From: Callorhinchus milii
Taxonomy: Eukaryota
Assembly: GCF_018977255.1 (NCBI RefSeq)
Contig: NW_024705430.1
Location: 1-45,405, forward strand
Direction: 5' to 3'
DNA length: 45,405 nt
This document shows, in pieces, positions 24,311 through 35,543 of the stretch (position 1 is its first letter; each line of letters begins with the position of its first letter). A program made the translations under genes and the position numbers. Under the pieces are notes generated by a model, which saw nothing but the letters and a program-made list of their open reading frames with translations, made no database searches and had not been told where the DNA came from.

Positions 24311-26440
24311 ATATTCTTAGGTGTTTTCGGTAAAGTCACGTAGGTAAAACATCAAAATTAATAAAAAATAAAATAAAGATCACGACGTTTCGGAGGCAAC
24401 ACAAGTCTCCGTCATCATGTGGGACCGTCACAGCCAGATTAGCTGCATCAAGTGAGGCAATGATTCAAGATGTAATCCCTTAAAATCGAGTTGAGGGGGG
24501 AGGAGAGGGGGGGGGAGCTCATCAGAATGTGGTAGCCAATGAATGGAACGTATCGGGAGGGAGGGGGGCGGAGCCAAAAGGGTGGGCGACGGCGTGGAAG
24601 CGATTGTGCGCAAGCGACAAACTGCTGCACACGCCAACGTCTTGGACAGGAGGGGGGAGGGGGAGGCCGATACACATGATAGAAAATAACGAAAATGCCC
24701 ATGTTTATACCAATGCTGGCTGAACAATGAAGAGATTACTGTTGAACACTGGGGATGTTAACACTCGGTAAAGTAAAGTAAAATAGTGCCTGTCAGATAA
24801 GATGGTCCAAAAAAGGTGTAATTAAGTCTTTTTTGCGTGGTTAATAACATCTTTCCAATGATTACTAAGTTTGTACCCATCATCACGGTTGAAATTATGT
24901 CTGTGTTTGTATATTTGTATGGCTTCGTGTACAAACCTTTGATGGTAGCCAGGAGGTTTGCAGAGAACCTTGGTCTCGGAAAAGACAATTTCATGAGAGC
25001 CCACCGAGTTGTAGCAATGATCGGCAACGGCCGAAGAATCAGTTCTGCCGTGTTTCAGATCTGACTTGTGCTCGCGGACACGATCAGCAACATGACGTTT
25101 CGTTTCTCCAATGTAGCAATCACCACAAACGCAACTCAATTTGTAGACTCCAGGATACTGTAAGTCAGGAACGACATCCTTCACAGATGGAATCAGATCA
25201 CGGATTTTATGCACTGTACTGAATCGGACTTGGATCTTATGTTTGTTTAGAATTTTGGAGATCTTTTTGGTCACGCCTGCTATGTATGGTAACGTGATAG
25301 TTTTGGTCGGAGTTTCATGTGGCTGTTTCTGTGTGGTGGGAGAGACAGCTTGGCGGATAGTACGGTCAGAGTATCCGTTCATCCTGAGGGCCCGATGTAC
25401 ATGTCTTAATTCACCGGTCAGGTGGTGTTGGTCAGAAATGTCATGGGCTCTGTGGTATAGCGTTTTGATGAGAGAATTCTTTTGAGATGGGTGGTGGTGG
25501 GAATCCGGTTTCAAGTAGGAATCTGTGAAGGATGTCGTTCCTGACTTACAGTATCCTGGAGTCTACAAATTGAGTTGCATTTGTGGTGATTGCTACATTG
25601 GAGAAACGAAACGTCATGTTGCTGATCGTGTCCGCGAGCACAAGTCAGATCTGAAACACGGCAGAACTGATTCTTCGGCCGTTGCCGATCATTGCTACAA
25701 CTCGGTGGGCTCTCATGAAATTGTCTTTTCCGAGACCAAGGTTCTCTGCAAACCTCCTGGCTACCATCAAAGGTTTGTACACGAAGCCATACAAATATAC
25801 AAACACAGACATAATTTCAACCGTGATGATGGGTACAAACTTAGTAATCATTGGAAAGATGTTATTAACCACGCAAAAAAGACTTAATTACACTTTTTTT
25901 GGACCATCTTATCTGACAGGCACTATTTTACTTTACTTTACCGAGTGTTAACATCCCCAGTGTTCAACAGTAATCTCTTCATTGTTCAGCCAGCATTGGT
26001 ATAAACATGGGCATTTTCGTTATTTTCTATCATGTGTATCAGGCCTCCCCCTCCCCCTCCCCCCTCCCTGTCCAAGACGTTGGCGTGTGCAGCAGTTTGT
26101 CGCTTGCGCACAATCGCTTCCACGCCGTCGCCCACCCTTTTGGCCCCGCCCCCCTCCCTCCCGATACGTTCCATTCATTGGCTACCACATTCTGATGAGC
26201 TCCCCCCCCCCTCTCCTCCCCCCTCAACTCGCTTTTAAGGGATTACATCTTGAATCATTGCCTCACTTGATGCAGCTAATCTGGCTGTGACGGTCCCACC
26301 TGATGACGGAGACTTGTGTTGCCTCCGAAACGTCGTGATCTTTATTTTATTTTTTATTAATTTTGATGTTTTACCTACGTGACTTTACCGAAAAAAACCT
26401 AAGAATATGAATCCTTGCAGTCACGAAAGCTTCAAGTCTA
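24311..26440. mobile_element. 5'-truncated Penelope-like element with an inverted terminal copy; GIY-YIG endonuclease ORFs at 24822-25514 (-) and 25525-25887 (+)
   Basis: GVYKLSC..C..YIGETKR..RVREH..EAIQI..NRDDG; arms 24311-25188 and 25521-26408 are reverse complements; TSD gaaatattacgtac at 24297-24310 and 26441-26454. Confidence 0.95.
26292..26340 (+). ncRNA. Minimal type I hammerhead ribozyme motif in the Penelope terminal repeat
   Basis: CTGATGA-c-GGAG...CTCC-GAAAC-GTC with short flanking stem I (CAC/GTG); Penelope-like elements are known to carry such motifs. Confidence 0.85.
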
Positions 26441-26486
26441 GAAATATTACGTACAATTTACCAATGACTTATTTATTTACCAATAA

Positions 26487-26571
26487 TTTATTTTATTTTA
26501 TACCTACGTGACTTTACCGAAAGAACCAAAGAGTATGGATCCCTGCAGTCACGAAAACTTCAAATCTAGAT
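26487..26571 (+). mobile_element. Very short Penelope 3'-terminal insertion
   Basis: Only the terminal cgtgactttaccgaaag...agtcacgaaaacttcaaatctag segment; flanked by the direct repeat tttaccaataa (26476-26486, 26572-26582). Confidence 0.75.
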
Positions 26572-26899
26572 TTTACCAATAACTGTTACGGTCAAATTCA
26601 TGAAACGTATTAATCTCTTTCAAACAAGCACTAAAAATCGACAAATCTATTTTTGGTACAAAATACTAACTTAAATGACACAAATCCTAACACTACATTA
26701 AGTAATTGAGCAGGGAAATAAAGTTGAAATGAAAATATTCCAATCCCATGCCTGTAACTACTAGTATTTATATTTTATTTTATCGGATAAGGTCTAGATA
26801 TCTCTTTTTCAGGGGCGACCTGGCCACAAATGATAGTTCAACAAAGTGCCTCATCATGTAGAAATGTATCAAGCCAAATAATCTTAACGCATGTTTCTA

Positions 26900-27470
26900 T
26901 ATGTGGAGGGAAAAACCAGAGGACCCGGATAAAAATCCACACAATCAAGGGGAGAACATACAAACTCCAAATATATAGGTATCTGGGTCTGAAAAAAAAC
27001 CCACGACCTCCTTCATAGCAGGATAGGTAGTTAACATCTCACCACAGTGGCACCTAGCAATGCCTCAATGAGACTCAAGACTTTTTTTAAGGAGGATTCT
27101 GCCAAGTTTTCAGTTGGGGGCAATGTTGCTGCTGTGTGTAAACCCAAATAAGTAATCTGTAAGTAATTTTTCAGCAGTGAAATTTTTTGGCCAATAGCAG
27201 TTATAATGTTTGTGTTTTAGCTTTTATGTGCAAATTGGAGAACCAAGAGAAGCCCATGCAGACTAGGGTGAGAACATACAAACCACACACACTCACTTTA
27301 ACTCTGCAGAAGTGAGAGAACAAACTCCACGCACTCACTTTCACTCCACGGAACAGCATGAAAAAATAGAAACTCCACTCACTTTCACTCCGTAGAACAA
27401 GGTGAGAACATACAAACTCCACCCTCACTTTCACTCAGCAGAACAGGGAAACATATACAAACTACACACA
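26900..27470 (-). mobile_element. V-SINE-like fragments, with a ~40-bp tandem amplification at ~27270-27470; related copy at ~38420-38710
   Basis: ggagtttgtatgttctcccc motif on the - strand (V-domain, from recall); repeated agaacatacaaactccac..tcactttcactc. Confidence 0.6.
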
Positions 27471-27860
27471 ATGACACAATCACCACTGCGATTTTCTGTG
27501 TTCTATGTTTACATGAGTCACCCCATAATGCAGATAAAATATAATTGACAGTTGATAAAAAAATAAGATTCAAGATTATAATTGATAAATGATAAGAAAA
27601 CAAGTTCCTACTTCACTGAATTTGATTGAATTCACGGCAAAGCAGTCAGGGTGACTGATGATGCAGCACCCACTGCACCCACCGACTCACTGCAGCCACT
27701 CGCTCACCAGTGGTCAGTCGCCTCCTTATCACTATTCTATCGCTACTACCATGGTTTATGTTCCATGAACTTCACCTATTTATTCATCCACCTATGTTGA
27801 GGACTCGGTCTACCAGACTGACCGTTTTGTCCGGTGTGCTTTGGCATGTGTGAATCTTAC

Positions 27861-28058
27861 TCCGCCTCAAAATGCCCTGGACACCGATGCTTTCGGATTT
27901 CCTGTACTCTTCTGCTTTCTTGCAACACTGAAGAAAGGCATCAACACATTCCTTTGGGCCTGTGACACGCTTCAGACGTTCTTCACATCCCTGGCCGGTG
28001 GGGCTCATCTTCAAACCATCCACGCAGCATTTGCGAAATTCTTGAGTGTATTTTTCCG
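27861..28058 (-). CDS. C3: Complement C3 exon, C3a anaphylatoxin domain: AEKYTQEFRKCCVDGLKMSPTGQGCEERLKRVTGPKECVDAFLQCCKKAEEYRKSESIGVQGILRR
   Basis: CC-D-G...C...C...F-x-x-CC anaphylatoxin cysteine pattern; acceptor ttttctAG, donor GTaaga; 198 nt, phase 1 to 1. Confidence 0.97.
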
Positions 28059-28610
28059 CTAGAAAAAATAGAAAGTAACAATTACAAGCATGCAATTCAG
28101 TTTTTACGTTTTAGGCGCAGCCCTGCAATTGCATACAAACGTTTCCCGATGGAAAGCGCTACTTGATGGAGCTCTAGAAATACTCTCAAGAGGACACGTT
28201 GGCCGATTTTTCCACGCTGACCAGCGTTTTTAAATATCATCACACATTGATATATTACTCGTGAACATTTGTAAAGTATTTCGTAAGAAATCTGAAGTTT
28301 GTTAGGCATGACTTGCACTGGTTGACAGTATCATGTCTGGAAGCAGGCGTGGTCCCAAAGTGTTTGGGATCACGAAAGAATATTACTTATGATTATCCAT
28401 ATAAATACAGATTCATATATTGAAAAGGCCACATTACACTGCACTTATGTATGACTTATGCTTTATTACCCAGGCCAACCTTACGGAGTTTCAAGACTCA
28501 TTTCAGGAGGGTCCAGCCACTACACTTATTTTTAAATACAGAATGTCCCCCCTCTCTTGCTGCAAAGTCATTAAAATTGTTGTCATGGTGAAAAATAATT
28601 CATCTCATAC

Positions 28611-28679
28611 CTTCCCTCCTGATCTGCAACATTGAGAGCTGTCTTCGTTTTCTTGAGGGCACTTTTGGGCACCCGATTT
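28611..28679 (-). CDS. C3: Complement C3 exon containing the beta/alpha processing site: (E)IGCPKVPSRKRRQLSMLQIRRE
   Basis: Manual translation (too short for the ORF track); tetrabasic RKRR; acceptor tgtgcAG, donor GTatga; 69 nt, phase 1 to 1. Confidence 0.93.
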
Positions 28680-28929
28680 CTGCACAGAAGCATTTTCAAT
28701 GCGAATTTAATTGTGCTGTAAAACACTTTCATTATGTAATATTGTGACATTCCACATGTCAATTACAACCTAAATGTTTTTTCCTAAAAACATAGTTAAT
28801 GTTCACATTATAAAGCTATATTTAAAACCATGGCAACTGCAAAGAGCACGTATACTACATTGCCATGTCATGACACCCAACAAAACGTTAAGATAACATA
28901 GGGTTTGTTTCTCCATCAATTTACCCCTG

Positions 28930-29402
28930 TGTAGTGAGCGACTTCCGAGACACGACGTGTAGAGGGCTCCTTGTTTATTTCTCACACTTTACAGGCATAA
29001 TCACTGAGCGACATATATACTGGACTACGTATAGCTGATCCACTCATACAGCCCCATCGCCGGCATCTAACTAGATAGCTGGCTGACTATATAGCAACGA
29101 CAACGATGGGAGCCGTACAGCAGATCGGCCATACGGCCGGACGATGAAGAAGAGATGACGGCAAAAAGAGCGACAACAGCCAGGACCCGAACCCCCACGA
29201 CAGCCCCAAACCTGCGGTGATGTCCCCCTTATATACTCCTCAGCGTGGCCAAGCCCAGCCACTGGCCACGCCCCCCTTCTAGAACTCTCCAGCAGGTTGC
29301 CGGAGCTTTCCGACTGTGACCTTTAGCCCATATACCCCCCCCCCTTATGGTTGGCTATTATATAGTGCACCCAAACCTGTTATTATCCCTCCTGTCACTA
29401 CA
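28930..29402 (-). mobile_element. Solo LTR
   Basis: TGTAGTGA...TCACTACA, TSD CCTG; U5 similar to 44150-44681. Confidence 0.88.
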
Positions 29403-29955
29403 CCTGTATTACATCAAAATAGCAAAATAAAATGTAATAATTGTTTGAAAAATATAGGGTCCTAATGGCAGTGAATTGCCAGCTCATATTTTATACAGGT
29501 AGAGTCACCAATCAGTTTGGAGAATCTTCTTATTCGTAAAGCTGACGTTGGTTTAGTGTAATAACTCTACTATTACATTGAGGTGGTTGAGCGAGACAAT
29601 TGCGTCAGAAGTGTATTGCAGTGATGATGCCTCCTTCGTATTTCTGAATAGGACATTGAGTCAATATATGTTCCATGGTCTGTTCTGGGTGATCCCAGAC
29701 GCACACAGGAGAGTTTTAAACCTTTGATTTGTATCTGCACCCTCTGTCATGTTTTTTCCGGAGGATGCAGTTTCGGGTTTGTGGCCCAAAAGCTTTATGG
29801 AAGTCAAGGGACTTTTGCATTGAGCGGAGTAGACACTTGCTTGCTGTTTGGTATCAAAGATCTGTTCAGATCTACCAGAGAAGTCCAGTCCATGAGGTCT
29901 TCTCCATCGGCTTAATTTGCTTTATAGCCCCACAGAATCTGGTGGCTGTTAAAGT

Positions 29956-30494
29956 TTTAGTGGGTCCAATACGAGGAGAGACAGTTCCTTAGAGGCAACA
30001 CGTTTATTACAAACTATGGGTACATAACACAAAGGGGTAACGGCCCCTTACACCCGATTCCCTAAAGAGGTAGCCCCTAAGGACTAATGTGCCCTCACTC
30101 TGGTTATAGCGCTAACCCTACACTGGTTATGTTCTGAACCCGACCCTAGCCAGGGGTTCGGGTTCTGCCCACTGGTCTATCGGGTCTTCAGGTCTTCAGG
30201 GTGGCTCTTCGGATCTTCAGGTGGACAAGGACTGCCGGACCCGTTCAGGGGTCTGGCTTTTATACTCGCTCCAGAGTCTCACCGCCCCTAGCCACACCTT
30301 CCTTATGGAACTCTCTAGGGGGCCCTGGAACATGACAGCATCCGCCCAGCACCCCTCTTGGGGTCTGGAGTCCCTGGTGCCCAAGGGCCCGACTCATCTC
30401 ACCTAGCCTGTCTACCACCCCCTGTTGACACATGTCCACTACTGCAGGTAAGGGACAATGGTGAATATACATGCAGCCTAACAATGGCACTACA
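29956..30494 (-). mobile_element. Older solo LTR
   Basis: Ends tTtAGTGG...CACTACA; gaggcaacacgtttatt U5/polyA segment resembles other LTRs here; flanks aagt/aaat. Confidence 0.65.
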
Positions 30495-32104
30495 AAATCA
30501 CCAATGTATAGACCCTCAATATTGAATTGGAGGACCTATCTGAAAGTGTGATGGGGGCCCTGGAAAAGAGGGCCATTATTGTGGCTTGAGTTGTTGTTGT
30601 TGCTCTGGAAACCGGGCGATCGTTGATCAATGTTTGGCCACCGGGTTGATGGCATGAGCTGTGATTTCTCACTTAACAGAGTGGGCTGAGTGAAGGTTGC
30701 AATCTTCCACCTCAATGATTTTATTTAACTCCCATTATTCTTCATGGCATGTCCACACATTCACATGGTACAACTCCATTTTTAAAGGGTAGGATAAAAC
30801 CAGCAGCAGGCAAGATGGGCCAATCGATTCAGCATTGCAGCACAGGTCACCAGCACAGTGATGTGTAAGATGGCTCAGCTATTTGCATTGCTAATCAATC
30901 ATTTATTGACCCACTGTAATATAAACATGAATAGACTAAAATATTGATTACATGGAAAATGCTGTTTAGCCAATTACCCTGCTACCTAACAAGGGATATC
31001 TGTGGTGCATCAGTTACAAGAACAACAACATCAAAATTATACTTAACAGAGGAACAGGCAATAATGGAACATAATGTGTTGGAGATGCAGGTAAAATAAT
31101 GTATAATGAACAAACGTTGACCATATCTTACCTATAAACGTAATTTTTTGTCTGTCTGTCTCCCTCTGTCTGTCTCTGCACGCCTATCCTTGTAACGCTT
31201 TTAACTGACAAACTGTTGGGTTTACGTTTCAACAAAGTGCACAGATACAACACACTAAGCCCCCCGGTCAAATGTAAACTAATAAAATCACACTTTATAA
31301 CAAGGTACGCTGATTGCGGCACCAAAGAATGCATCTGTGCTTGCGCGGAATCGCTGACTCAGGGTTACTCCCAGTAATGTAAACGAGCTTGCTGAGCGGC
31401 GACCTCCTTCGCATAAAAAAATTCAAAAAAGAAAAAAAATTAAGCATAGTTACTGCTGCACAACCAGACGCTGAGATAAATCCTGAGCAGTGTGATTCTT
31501 ACCCCCCACCCCAATGTGTGCAGTTACTACTATATAATCAGTAGATACTACTGTAGTGACATCGGAGATGTGGAAGCGATGGAGGCGAGAGCCCACGTGT
31601 TGCGAGGCGGTGGCGACAGATTAAGATTTTCAGTGATACCAAATACGACAACGGTCGTACTTCTCTATTGCTGCACCATATTGATATGGGAGACACAGCC
31701 TGTTCGCTAGAGCTCATATCGGATGCATCCGGTGGGGAAGGAATATGCCAACAGGTGGTGGCTGGCGCATGCCAAGTCTGCGTGGTATGCCAAGACGGAC
31801 ATGCTAATTTCTCTATGCCCCCCTCTCTCTCTGCCCCCCTCTCTCTCTATTTAAGGCCTCAACACAGGCGTTGTTTCTCTGTGTGCCTATGTGTGTGTCT
31901 CTCTGTGTGTCTCCGTGTTATCTCTCTCAGCTTATGTGCCTGTCGATGTGTCTCCGTGTCTGTGTTTTGTCTCTCGCTCAAATTTAGCAATCTTTGGAAG
32001 AACTTAATCAACCAGGTTGGGTATTGACTGTTATGTTAGCCGACTCTCTGTGTTGTATTGCATTATATATTTCTAAGTTTACTAGGTTTGATATCTCTTT
32101 CTTT

Positions 32105-32149
32105 CGTACCTGATGATGATTGCTTGTGTTGCAATCGAAACGTCGTATG
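32105..32149 (+). ncRNA. Hammerhead ribozyme motif (Penelope terminal fragment)
   Basis: cgtac-CTGATGA-t-GATTGC-ttgtgtt-GCAATC-GAAACGTC-gtatg. Confidence 0.85.
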
Positions 32150-32194
32150 CTATTATTTAATTGATTTTTTCTTTCTATGCGACTATAACATAGC

Positions 32195-32640
32195 CAAATG
32201 CATTACTAACATCAAGGAGTCAATATACGATATCAAAGGGTCGACCTTTTATGTGTTCTGGGGAAAATAGTTGCTGGACATCATCAAACACTTCCGTGGC
32301 TTCCCAAACGTCTCTGGCGAGGTCAAAAAGATCGTCACTTTGGCCAGAAATATTGGAGGGTAAGGATTTGTGTGCAGTCGCATACAAATGAGCTCATGGA
32401 GGAAGATCTGGAATACCTGATGTAATCAGCTGAAGAACCATCCAATGAGAGTGAAGAGAATGAAGAGATACTTGTACGGTGTCATATGACAATAAAGGCA
32501 TTATCTGATTGCTTTCTTAATTTGAAGAAGCAATAGATGAAGTCAATAAAATCAACCCTTTCAAGGAGAGAAGCATACAATTTAAGAGAGACGTGGAAGC
32601 TGCATTGCAACTCTATAGAACAATCTATAAAAGTTTCCAA
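32195..32640 (+). mobile_element. Pogo/Tigger transposase C-terminal remnant
   Basis: Broken translation FRGF..VKKIVTLARNIGG..NELMEEDL..INPFKERSIQFKR..YRTIYK resembles the Tigger/TIGD1 C-terminus (from recall). Confidence 0.65.
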
Positions 32641-32964
32641 TTAATAGCTGAACGTCCATCGTGCAGACCCCAACAACAACCGCCATTCACCACTAAGTGG
32701 CAGTGATGTCACCTTGGCGCTTGTGCCAGGCTATGTGCATGTTGAGGCCACGTGAAGTGTCAAACGCCCGCTGGCAGGAGGTAATGGGGCAGACTCAGAT
32801 ACCAAGGGGCAACTAACTGAGATGACCGGCCGATGCACCACCTGTACCCCTACTGTGCCAACTTGCTGTGCTTACGCGACCCGACGCTCTGCTCGTTGTT
32901 GTGAGTGTCGCTCCTCTGCCCTCCGTTGTTGTCGGAGGGTGACTGCCTCCAACTGCCCAGTAGC

Positions 32965-35086
32965 ATACTCTTTGGTTCTTTCGGTAAAGTCACGTAGTTA
33001 GAAATAAAATAAAACAAATCACGACGTTTCGATTGCAACACAAGCAATCTTCATCAGGTGGGACAACCACAGCAAGAAAAAATTGCTGAAGTGGGCGAGA
33101 GAGCTGCCATGGCAAGAGGATATATAGATAAGAAAGGGGGGGGGTGTAGTGTAGGGGTAGGGGGGCGCTTCGTGAACACTAGGGGAGAGAGGAAATGAGG
33201 CAGGGGGGGGGAAGTTGGCAGGGCTGGAAGTGGGAGGCTGGGAAATCTGGGGATGCAGGGGGAAATTAACTCGGAAAAATAGACTAGTACCCGGCAAATA
33301 TGATGGAAACAACCATAAACAGTTAAGGTTTTACCTGGTTATAACATCCTTCCAATGATTGCTCAATTTGCATCCATCTTTGCGGTTGAAATTATGTCTA
33401 TGTTTACATATCTGGATGGCTTCATGAACAAACCTTTGATAGTAGCCCGAAGGTTTGCAGAGTACCTTGGTCTCGGAAAAAAACAATATCGTGCGAGCCC
33501 ACAGCGTTATAACAATGGTCAGCCACGGCAGAGATATTGGTTCTGACGTGTTTCAGATCTGCCTTGTGTTCACGACACGGTCCGAGACATGTCGTTCCCC
33601 AATATAACTGCTACCGCAGGTACAACTCAGTTTGTAGACTCCAGGATATTGCATGTCAGGAATGACATCCTTCACAGATGGGATTAGATCATGGATGTTG
33701 TGTACTGTATTGAATCGGACCTGGATCTTGTGTTTGTTGAAGATTTTGGAAATATTTTTGGTAACACCTGCTAAAATGATAACGTGATGCTTTTGATCGG
33801 CTTCTCAGGGGATTGTTTCTCCATGGTTGGAGAAACACTTCGTGAAGAATGCAGTCCGAGTACCCATTCATCTTGAGGGCCTGATGTACGTGTTCCAGTC
33901 ACTGGCAAGGTGGTGTTGGTCGGAAATGCAGTGGGCCCTATGGTGTAGTTTTTTATGAGGGAATTCTTCTGTGCCAGATGGTGGGAATCAGGTTTCAGAT
34001 AGGAATCTGTGTGGGTGGCTTTCCTGTAGACACAGTGTCCCAACGAGCCATCAGGTCTCTTCTCAAACAAAACATCCAGGAATGGTAGCTTACCATCCCT
34101 TCTCCACTTCCATGGTGAATTTGATGGATTGGTGTATGGAATTGATGTGGTTGAGAAATTGGTTAAATGCTGGTAGGCCATGTGGCATTTGATTGGAACC
34201 TTGTAGATAACATGACTGCTTCTTCTGCCGCAACAATGTCCTCCAAATGTAAGGTTAACCATATTGCTAAATTCAATAACTTGTCAAAAATAAAACAGAT
34301 CCACACATTAAAAAGCTAGGTGATAACAAGACTGTTATCAATCACAGTAGCAGCACAATCTCCGATAGCCTAAAATCGGTACTAGCTAGAGGGCTGAATT
34401 TTGCTGTCACCCCCAAACACATCCCAGTGGATGATATAATTACCCAGATAGATGTAGCCCTCAAAGGCTTGGAACACATCCCGACAGACGTGGCAAGATC
34501 TGAAATTGCCACCATCCTTAAAAATGCTAAGAAACCCATTAGTAACATCAGCAAAGACGAGCACTCTGAACTCGCCAAACTGAAAAAGAGAAATTACATA
34601 GTCATCCTCTCAGCCGACAAGAGCAATGCTACTGTCGTCATGGATAAAACCACATACAACAACAAAATCCAGGACTTTCTTAATGATGGCAGTTACACCA
34701 AAATCAACAAAGATCCTACCAACCGCCTGGCTACAAAAACCAACAATATCATTACCAGTTCGACTTCTCTAATCGAACATTCAAACGGCTCTCCCTAAAA
34801 TCTTCTGCTACTAGACCACCCAGATTCTATGGTCTTCCAAAAATCCATAAAGAAGGTACTCCAGTTCGGCCCATCATTTCCACTATCAACTGACCTATCT
34901 ACAACTGGCCCGTTTTCTGTCTGATACCTTGCTTCCATTCACGGGCAAGACTACCTCAGCTGTACATAACTCAACTCACTTGGTCTCTCTAATAAAGCAC
35001 ATTTCACTGTCCCAGATGATTTGCTCATCAGCATTGATGTAGTTTCTCTGTTCGCCAAGGTTCCTGTACCTGACACCTTAGCAATA
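32965..35086. mobile_element. Decayed Penelope-like element: 3' part on - (terminus, GIY-YIG, RT thumb; ~32965-34180) and RT N-terminal part on + (~34330-35086)
   Basis: LPFLDVL..VYRKATHTDSYL on -; GLNFAVTP, ADKSNATVVMD, KDPT, FYGLPKIHKEGTPVRPIIS, DVVSLF on +. Confidence 0.88.
33018..33064 (-). ncRNA. Hammerhead ribozyme motif (Penelope terminus)
   Basis: Reverse strand: cac-CTGATGA-a-GATTGC-ttgtgtt-GCAATC-GAAACGTC-gtg. Confidence 0.85.
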
Positions 35087-35160
35087 TCTTCTTGGTTCTT
35101 TCGGTAAAGTCACGTAGAAGGGAAGTAATAAAATAATAAAAATAAAACATAATAAAATTA

Positions 35161-35209
35161 TTCTCACGACGTTTCGGCCACAACGCAAGCAGCCGTCCTC
35201 AGGTGAAAA
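35161..35209 (-). ncRNA. Hammerhead ribozyme motif (Penelope terminus)
   Basis: Reverse strand: ttttcac-CTGAGGA-c-GGCT...GGCC-GAAACGTC-gtgagaa. Confidence 0.8.
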
Positions 35210-35397
35210 CCAGGTCCGTCGAGGCGACAGAGTCTGAATGAGACAGCACACGAGCTTGGAGCATATATATAAGCTGGGCGCCTTGACAAAGGAATTTGCA
35301 TATCAAGAGGAATTTAGCATATTTATGGGAAATGCAGGAATGTGATTAGTACTACATATGCATGTGCATTATGCAGGATTAACAGCATCAAAGAGAG

Positions 35398-35543
35398 CTG
35401 CAGTTGCTGCTGCTGCAGTTGCTGCTGCTGCTGCAGTTTCTGCTGCTGCTGCAGTTGCTGCTGCTGCAGTTGCTGCTGCTGCAGTTGCTGCTGCTGCTGC
35501 AGTTTCTGCTGCTGCTGCAGTTGCTGCTGCTGCAGTTGCTGCC
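35398..35543. repeat. Interrupted CTG/CAG trinucleotide repeat (~48 triplets)
   Basis: (gct)n with periodic gtt/ttt interruptions; lies in a Penelope 3' UTR. Confidence 0.95.

Noticed and set aside
31127..31712. Possible Helitron
   Set aside because: Only a suggestive start with a (tctg)n tract; no convincing 3' hairpin/CTRR end
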